Source: Candidatus Hodarchaeota archaeon | GTDB taxonomy: Archaea; Asgardarchaeota; Heimdallarchaeia; Hodarchaeales; Hodarchaeaceae | Assembly: GCA_016839815.1 (NCBI GenBank) | Contig: JAEOTM010000123.1 | Span: forward strand, 1-31,298 | Direction of reading: 5' to 3' | Length of the DNA: 31,298 bases | Shown: positions 25,820 to 31,298 of the stretch, one piece after another | Numbering within the stretch: the first letter of the stretch is position 1 | Layout of the letters: every line of letters begins with the position of its first letter | Position numbers and translations under genes: made by a program | The notes under the pieces: model-generated | Seen by the model: only the letters and a program-made list of their open reading frames with translations | Told to the model about the DNA's origin: nothing | The model's database searches: none

Positions 25820-26461
25820 ATGTCAGAAAAGAACCAAAAACTCAAGAGAAGTCTATATTTGGGTGGAATTTTTGGGCCTGTTGTGTTCTTGTTAAATGAT
25901 ATCATAGGAACACTCATAACTCCTGGATACAACCAAATAATTAATGCTGTGAGTGAATTAACTCAAGCTGGAGCTGAAAATGCTGTTTTACTAAGCTTTC
26001 TGTTTTTAGTTGCTGCAACAGGATTGGTATTATTTGGTTTTGGGCTTATCTTCCAATATACCTTCTATACTCATAGATTAATTTTCTTAGGAGGACTTTT
26101 TATTATTCTTTTAGGGATATTTTCAGCATTGACTGGCACGATTTTCCCTATGGATCCTTTTGGAGAACCTGCAACCTTTGCAGGGGAAATGCATAAATAT
26201 ATAACCTTAGTTAATATCCTGCTGATTGTTCTAGCAATTCCTATGATTGGAATAGGAATCTACAAGGAGAAGCAGTCAAAACCGTTCGTATTTTACTCAG
26301 TATTAACAGTAATTCTAATGATTTCGGGTGGCATTTTAACAGGTATAATGATGGCAGATGGTATTGAGATGTTGGGATTATTTGAGAGAATGACAATATA
26401 TGCCTATCAATTATGGGTATTTATCCTCGCAGGAAGTATGTATTTCTCCTATCCTCAATAA
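25820..26461 (+). CDS. DUF998-like integral membrane protein
   Basis: PGYNQIINAVSEL, FPMDP, MH, GLFER motifs and about 6 TMs. ATG 25820 with GGAG SD is preferred over 25634. Confidence 0.8.
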   Translation: MSEKNQKLKRSLYLGGIFGPVVFLLNDIIGTLITPGYNQIINAVSELTQAGAENAVLLSFLFLVAATGLVLFGFGLIFQYTFYTHRLIFLGGLFIILLGIFSALTGTIFPMDPFGEPATFAGEMHKYITLVNILLIVLAIPMIGIGIYKEKQSKPFVFYSVLTVILMISGGILTGIMMADGIEMLGLFERMTIYAYQLWVFILAGSMYFSYPQ

Positions 26462-26853
26462 GAATTAAATTAAGACTTCACTTCTTACTAGGAAGCCAAC
26501 TTTTATTCCAGACAGAGAATAAGAGATACACACCAGATTATCCTACGGAGAACTGAATTTTAGATGAACTAATTGCAATTTCTGGGATTTTTACTTTTTT
26601 AGTAAGTATAATCCTTGTGATAATCCTTGTGTCTTCTTATAGGTAAATGAAAATATCATTTTTTGACGGGATCTTGTTACCTTCTGTTATTTTTTATATA
26701 ATGTATGTGCAATAACCAGCTCTTTGCGAAGTTGGGAGATATTGAATCAAATTGATGAAACTTGTTGATTAAATTGGTTCATTTAATTTATTCCAATTGC
26801 AGAAATCATCATTAATGCAATAACTGGGTTTCGAAAATCACATATCTTAATTA

Positions 26854-28695
26854 TTATCCTACAATCTGCCCATCTTTCATCCGAAAAACTCTATCTGCAA
26901 AAGAAGACATCTCTTGATCATGAGTAACTACAACAAAAGCAATACCCTTTTCATCGCAGAGTTTTCGGAAATATAATAAGACTTGTTTCCCCGTTTCACT
27001 ATCTAAATCTCCTGTTGGTTCATCTGCAAACACAACATGAGGGAAATTTATACAGGAACGGGCAATAATAACACGTTGTAGCTGCCCCCCGGAAAGCTTT
27101 GTAGGATCCTGATTTGCGTATTCTTTTAAGCCAAGATTATCTAGTAATTCAACAACGCGTGTCTGTAAGTTTTCTGTTTTTCCAGCCATTTTAGCTGGAA
27201 GAGCTACGTTTTCGTATACACTTAAACGAGGATCGAGTAAATAACTTTGAAAAACAAATCCTATATGATTTCTACGGTATTCTGACAGCTCATTATCACT
27301 CATTGATGAAATAGCTTTACCCCTGAGATAAACTTGTCCTCGATCTGGCATATCCAATCCAGCCATCATGTTTATGAGGGTTGTTTTTCCTGATCCCGAA
27401 GGTCCCAATATTGCTAGAAATTCTCCTTCTCTTACATTTAAATTTGCCCCTCTAAGGGCATAAACAGTACTAGTAGATGGTCTATATGTTTTATGAAGTC
27501 CCCTTGCTTTAATAATAATATCCTCATCATGTTCCTGATCTAACGAGCTATATTCCTTGGATAACATCGAAAGTTCCCCTCCTGATTCTGGAGACAAGAA
27601 AGCAATATCCATGAATCGATCTGCCCAGATTTTCACCTCTCGTAATTGAATGGGTAGCGCTATTACCGCTGAATGAAAATTATCCAGATTTATCTCAATA
27701 TTTCCCTCTTTAGTCTGATTGATGAGTTCTCTGATTGATATTTGTAAATTTTTTAAAGTTGTAATAATCCCCTGAAACTTACTTTTCATTTCTTGTAGAT
27801 TCCTCCCATTATTCACAGTTTTTCTAATTTCCTCTCCGAACCCATTAAGAATTAGAATCTCCTGTTTAGCTGAATTTTGAATTTCTTCAATTCGAGTGAT
27901 TTGTCTAATGATCGTATGGATAGCATCGATTCCCCCAACTAATTCTCCAATAAGAATTCCAAAAGCTTCTGAAGCTAACTCAGGATTAGTAATTCCTATT
28001 TTTATTGATCCTTTAAATGCATCTTCTATATTTTCCACCCGATTATTAATATTTTGAAGAAGGTGGTCAAATGATTTTAATAGTGGGCGAGTGAAGTTTA
28101 AAATTAATAACTCATCAAATGCATGCAAGGCTGATGAAGAACTCTTCCTATCATAATTTCGATGAAATATTTCATTCTGGATAATGATACGATCCTCACC
28201 TTTTTGTTTAAAGGCCCAGAATATTATCCACGATCGTTCAATAATGTGTAAAAAACTCTTCTCAATAAAGTCAATCATTTTCCGATTCTCTTCGCTAATG
28301 ATATGTCCTGGATTATCAGGGCATTTAGGAATCGAAGTAAGGAATTTTTCCAAGATTCCATGTGATTCAATCTCAGAACGATTACGCTTAGTTCGTGAAC
28401 GCAGGAGCTTTGATGATCGCTTTACATAATCTTGGTATAATGAATGCAGATTCTTTTCAGTGGTTATCCTTGATTCTGATTTATCAAAATCACCATTATT
28501 ACAATGAGCTTTGGCTAATATGAATGTATTAAATTCTACAACTTCAGGTCTCATTTTTTTGTCATTAAATTTCTTTTTTAATAGCTTACGAAGTTTTTTC
28601 TGAAGTTTATCGTTACCAAAATGATCCAGTTTATCAATAAGAAAACCGACTTGTAAATCAGTATTCCAATCTAAATTATTACCCATTTGAATCAT
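26854..28695 (-). CDS. LolD/MacB-type ABC ATPase with a ~370-aa N-terminal helical extension
   Basis: C-terminal LHKTY..ALRG..GPSGSGKTT..GFVFQ..LSGGQLQRV..ADEPTGDLD..VTHD. 4-nt overlap with the upstream gene. Confidence 0.88.
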   Translation of the reverse strand: MIQMGNNLDWNTDLQVGFLIDKLDHFGNDKLQKKLRKLLKKKFNDKKMRPEVVEFNTFILAKAHCNNGDFDKSESRITTEKNLHSLYQDYVKRSSKLLRSRTKRNRSEIESHGILEKFLTSIPKCPDNPGHIISEENRKMIDFIEKSFLHIIERSWIIFWAFKQKGEDRIIIQNEIFHRNYDRKSSSSALHAFDELLILNFTRPLLKSFDHLLQNINNRVENIEDAFKGSIKIGITNPELASEAFGILIGELVGGIDAIHTIIRQITRIEEIQNSAKQEILILNGFGEEIRKTVNNGRNLQEMKSKFQGIITTLKNLQISIRELINQTKEGNIEINLDNFHSAVIALPIQLREVKIWADRFMDIAFLSPESGGELSMLSKEYSSLDQEHDEDIIIKARGLHKTYRPSTSTVYALRGANLNVREGEFLAILGPSGSGKTTLINMMAGLDMPDRGQVYLRGKAISSMSDNELSEYRRNHIGFVFQSYLLDPRLSVYENVALPAKMAGKTENLQTRVVELLDNLGLKEYANQDPTKLSGGQLQRVIIARSCINFPHVVFADEPTGDLDSETGKQVLLYFRKLCDEKGIAFVVVTHDQEMSSFADRVFRMKDGQIVG

Positions 28696-29375
28696 TCACC
28701 TACAACACGACCATCACGAAGCTCAATAATTCGGTCACATTGATCTCCAATCCACTTTGAATGAGTTACAAGTATGAGGGTCTGTCTATTATCGATGTTA
28801 ATACGTTTAAACATATCCATTATATCTTTTGAAGTAACCGAATCCAAATCTCCTGTTGGTTCATCTCCTAAAATTATCGCTGGATGAGTTACCAATGCTC
28901 TTGAAACGGCTACTCTTTGTTGCTGGCCACTTGATAGCTCAAATGGGGAATGATAAACTCTATCTCCTAGTCCAACTTCACGTAAAATCATTGTTGCTCT
29001 ACGAGACGCTTCAGAATATCTCATACCCTGCGCTAGCAGAGGGATCATCACATTTTCTTGTGCATTCATATAATCGAATAAATTGAATAACTGAAAGACA
29101 TATCCAACATTATCACGACGAAAACGAGTCATTTGTGTGTCATCATAAATAGAAATATCAGTACCGTTAATTTTTACTGTCCCTGAAGTCGGAGTATCAA
29201 GACCACCACATATATTGAGCATCGTAGTTTTCCCACAACCTGATGGCCCCATTATTGCGACCATTTCACCGTGTTTAATCTTCAGATTGATTCCTCGTAA
29301 AGCATGAACAGAATTGGGAGTTCCTTCACTATATACCTTATGTAAATCTTCTAAAATTAAAATTTCATCAGTCAT
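28692..29375 (-). CDS. LolD/MacB-type ABC transporter ATP-binding protein
   Basis: GPSGCGKTT, GYVFQ, LSSGQQQRV, GDEPTGDLD, VTHS. Confidence 0.93.
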   Translation of the reverse strand: MTDEILILEDLHKVYSEGTPNSVHALRGINLKIKHGEMVAIMGPSGCGKTTMLNICGGLDTPTSGTVKINGTDISIYDDTQMTRFRRDNVGYVFQLFNLFDYMNAQENVMIPLLAQGMRYSEASRRATMILREVGLGDRVYHSPFELSSGQQQRVAVSRALVTHPAIILGDEPTGDLDSVTSKDIMDMFKRINIDNRQTLILVTHSKWIGDQCDRIIELRDGRVVGE

Positions 29376-29389
29376 CTGTTTACATACTC

Positions 29390-31298
29390 CTATCCATGAT
29401 ACCTTAAAGCCTCACTTGGAGGAATTCGTGCAGCCAACCAACCTGGTATTAAAGCAGCAAGCATAACTGAACCCATGATAAAGACTCCATACAAACTCAC
29501 TTGAGCCCATGGAATCGCTAAATTCCAATTCACAATATCTGCAAAAACCCAAGCTAGATAATTTCCCGTTAAGAAACCAACCAAATATCCTAATATTCCC
29601 AAAAAAAGTAATTCTAATAATACTGCTAGGGAAACTGCTTTCTTTGAAAAACCGACTGATCTCAACATTCCAATTTCTCGTTTTCGTTCTTTTACTGATC
29701 TATGAGAGACAACTAAAAGTCCAATCACCCCGATAACCAACCCAGATGCAATGAATGTTTGCAGGAAATTCAAAGCGTTTGCATTTGTAGAATAAGAATG
29801 GTAAAAAACGTCCCACAGATGATAGGAAGTAATGCCATAAAAACTTCCATCCCCTAATACCAATAGAGAGTCAGAAGCCTTAAGATTGGAAAATTCTTCT
29901 ATTTTTCCGCTAAGCACTTCATTTTCATCGTACTCATAACCATTATTTGTTTCAATCATAAATTCCCTAGTTCCAAATCCCAGAATTGAAAATTGGGAAG
30001 CAAAATCACTGCTAACAATGATTCCGAGGCTGTAATCATTTGATCTCATATCAAACGATGGGAAATAATTTAACGATCCACCATAGATCATCTCTATTAA
30101 ACTTCCATTTGTGGTAGGAAAACTCACAATATCCCCAATATCGAGAAAATAGAGACGTTCACCTAGAAATATAGGCAATCCATTTGGATCCTCAGAATCC
30201 ACAGGTAATTTTGTTAATCGATGTATTTTTTGTCCACCTAAGAAAATTTCCCAAAAATCCTTTGACTCTTCACGTGCCGCTTCTTGAGATTTCATTCGAT
30301 TGATCATCGAAAGTTTTGTGTAATTTGCTAGTATATCGTCAAACGTAAAGGGATATAAAACCTCTTCATCCTCATTTACGAATGTAGAACGATTTATAGC
30401 CACAAGTTTAGATTGGAAAATATCTTTTTCAAGAGAAATTTCGGAAATAGCTCCATCAAAGGGTAGAATCATACCAACATCTAACGGGTATACTTGTTTA
30501 ATCTCACTAAATCGGTTTTGAAGAATCTCCGGATAATCGACGACGGAAAGATTAAAGGGGGATTGAGACTCTACAACGAGGGAGACTCCAGACATATAGG
30601 ATTCCCAGGTATGACTTGAACCTTTGATTTGAGTCTCAGCATATGAACCAATGAAGAAATTAAGAGAGAGAATAACAGCAAAAGTAGCGAAAGTCAAAAC
30701 TGCACGGGATTTTCTGGCATTAATATAACGAGTGGCAACTAATCCAGTAGCTCTTGTTTTCTTACTTAAAGAAAAGATTCTTCTAAGACCAGCGGTAAGT
30801 GTTTCCAAATTAGCTCCCACTATTGTTGTAGCACCAATTACTGCAGACAGTAAACCAGTCATAGCTACATTATTCGCATTAAGACCCTCATTCGCCCAAT
30901 CAATAGTTACTTGAAATCCCCAGATTGTAAGAGCAATTAATAGAAGACCTCCAACTGTCAAGCATGATCTTCGATATTGTTGTACCCTGAAACTAAGAAA
31001 AATTATTCCCAATCCAACATAGAATAATGCTTGGAAATTCTGTGCAGCCTCTCGTTCAATATTACGATAACCTTCTGGAGCATAGAATGGTTGACCTGCT
31101 TGGATCAGTTCAATCAAAGTTAGTAATCCTAGAAAAAGAAATATACCTCCTAGGAGGAACGGCCATTTAGGTTTATTACCATTTAATAAAGTTTTAGTAG
31201 TTTTCGATTTCGACCCACGGACAATTTCGATTATTGAAATCCCTCTTGCTCGTAATGCAGGGACCATACCCGTTACAATAGATAAACCAATTGCTGCA
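29390..31298 (-). CDS. FtsX/MacB-family ABC permease (5' part outside the window)
   Basis: C-terminal SVKERKREIGMLRSVG..LLELL..LAALIPGWLAARIPPSEALRY. The frame stays open past ATG 31267 to the window end (AAIGLSIVTG-MVPALRA, the end of a first FtsX repeat), so the gene is partial. Confidence 0.9.
   Translation of the reverse strand, partial: AAIGLSIVTGMVPALRARGISIIEIVRGSKSKTTKTLLNGNKPKWPFLLGGIFLFLGLLTLIELIQAGQPFYAPEGYRNIEREAAQNFQALFYVGLGIIFLSFRVQQYRRSCLTVGGLLLIALTIWGFQVTIDWANEGLNANNVAMTGLLSAVIGATTIVGANLETLTAGLRRIFSLSKKTRATGLVATRYINARKSRAVLTFATFAVILSLNFFIGSYAETQIKGSSHTWESYMSGVSLVVESQSPFNLSVVDYPEILQNRFSEIKQVYPLDVGMILPFDGAISEISLEKDIFQSKLVAINRSTFVNEDEEVLYPFTFDDILANYTKLSMINRMKSQEAAREESKDFWEIFLGGQKIHRLTKLPVDSEDPNGLPIFLGERLYFLDIGDIVSFPTTNGSLIEMIYGGSLNYFPSFDMRSNDYSLGIIVSSDFASQFSILGFGTREFMIETNNGYEYDENEVLSGKIEEFSNLKASDSLLVLGDGSFYGITSYHLWDVFYHSYSTNANALNFLQTFIASGLVIGVIGLLVVSHRSVKERKREIGMLRSVGFSKKAVSLAVLLELLFLGILGYLVGFLTGNYLAWVFADIVNWNLAIPWAQVSLYGVFIMGSVMLAALIPGWLAARIPPSEALRYHG

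Noticed and set aside
26608-26631. 12-bp tandem duplication ATAATCCTTGTG x2 in the 392-bp convergent gap
   Set aside because: Only two adjacent copies, with no spacer, terminal inverted repeats or transposase; no convincing ORF or RNA in the gap.
31265-31267. ATG 31267 as the permease start
   Set aside because: The frame is open to the window edge and this Met lies at the end of an FtsX repeat; the real start is outside the window.
1-31298. tRNA, rRNA, riboswitch (e.g. TPP/Moco leader before the ECF operon) or mobile element
   Set aside because: No cloverleaf, rRNA-like GC-rich tract or integrase/transposase was seen. The 87-nt gap before the ECF operon is short and lacks recognisable riboswitch motifs; an Infernal scan would be needed to exclude them fully.

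Overview
AT-rich archaeal chromosomal segment, most consistent with an Asgard archaeon (Heimdallarchaeia-like). This is inferred from archaeal gatE and SerK, an archaeal histone fold, longin-like and ubiquitin-like domains, an Arf-like small GTPase and Thr-rich/CTERM-type surface proteins. About 24 CDS are supported. gatE (left edge, missed by the ORF track) and an FtsX/MacB-type permease (right edge) are cut by the window. No rRNA, tRNA, CRISPR array or transposase was seen. The most notable items are: (1) a protein fusing an archaeal histone fold to a longin-like domain, an acidic coiled region and a Lys/Arg tail; (2) a four-gene ECF transporter operon in which both the S-component and an upstream membrane-anchored metallophosphoesterase carry an exported, apparently non-catalytic sulfite-oxidase-type molybdopterin-binding-like domain, a candidate cofactor (Moco/Wco/pterin) capture-trim-import system; (3) a single-pass receptor-like protein (beta-helix/FN3 outside, longin/uDENN-like domain inside) convergent with a TrmB-like regulator plus atypical small GTPase operon; (4) a PAS histidine kinase ending in HEAT-like helices, divergent from a ubiquitin-like-domain protein. 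All domain calls are by-eye motif recognition; no database searches were run.
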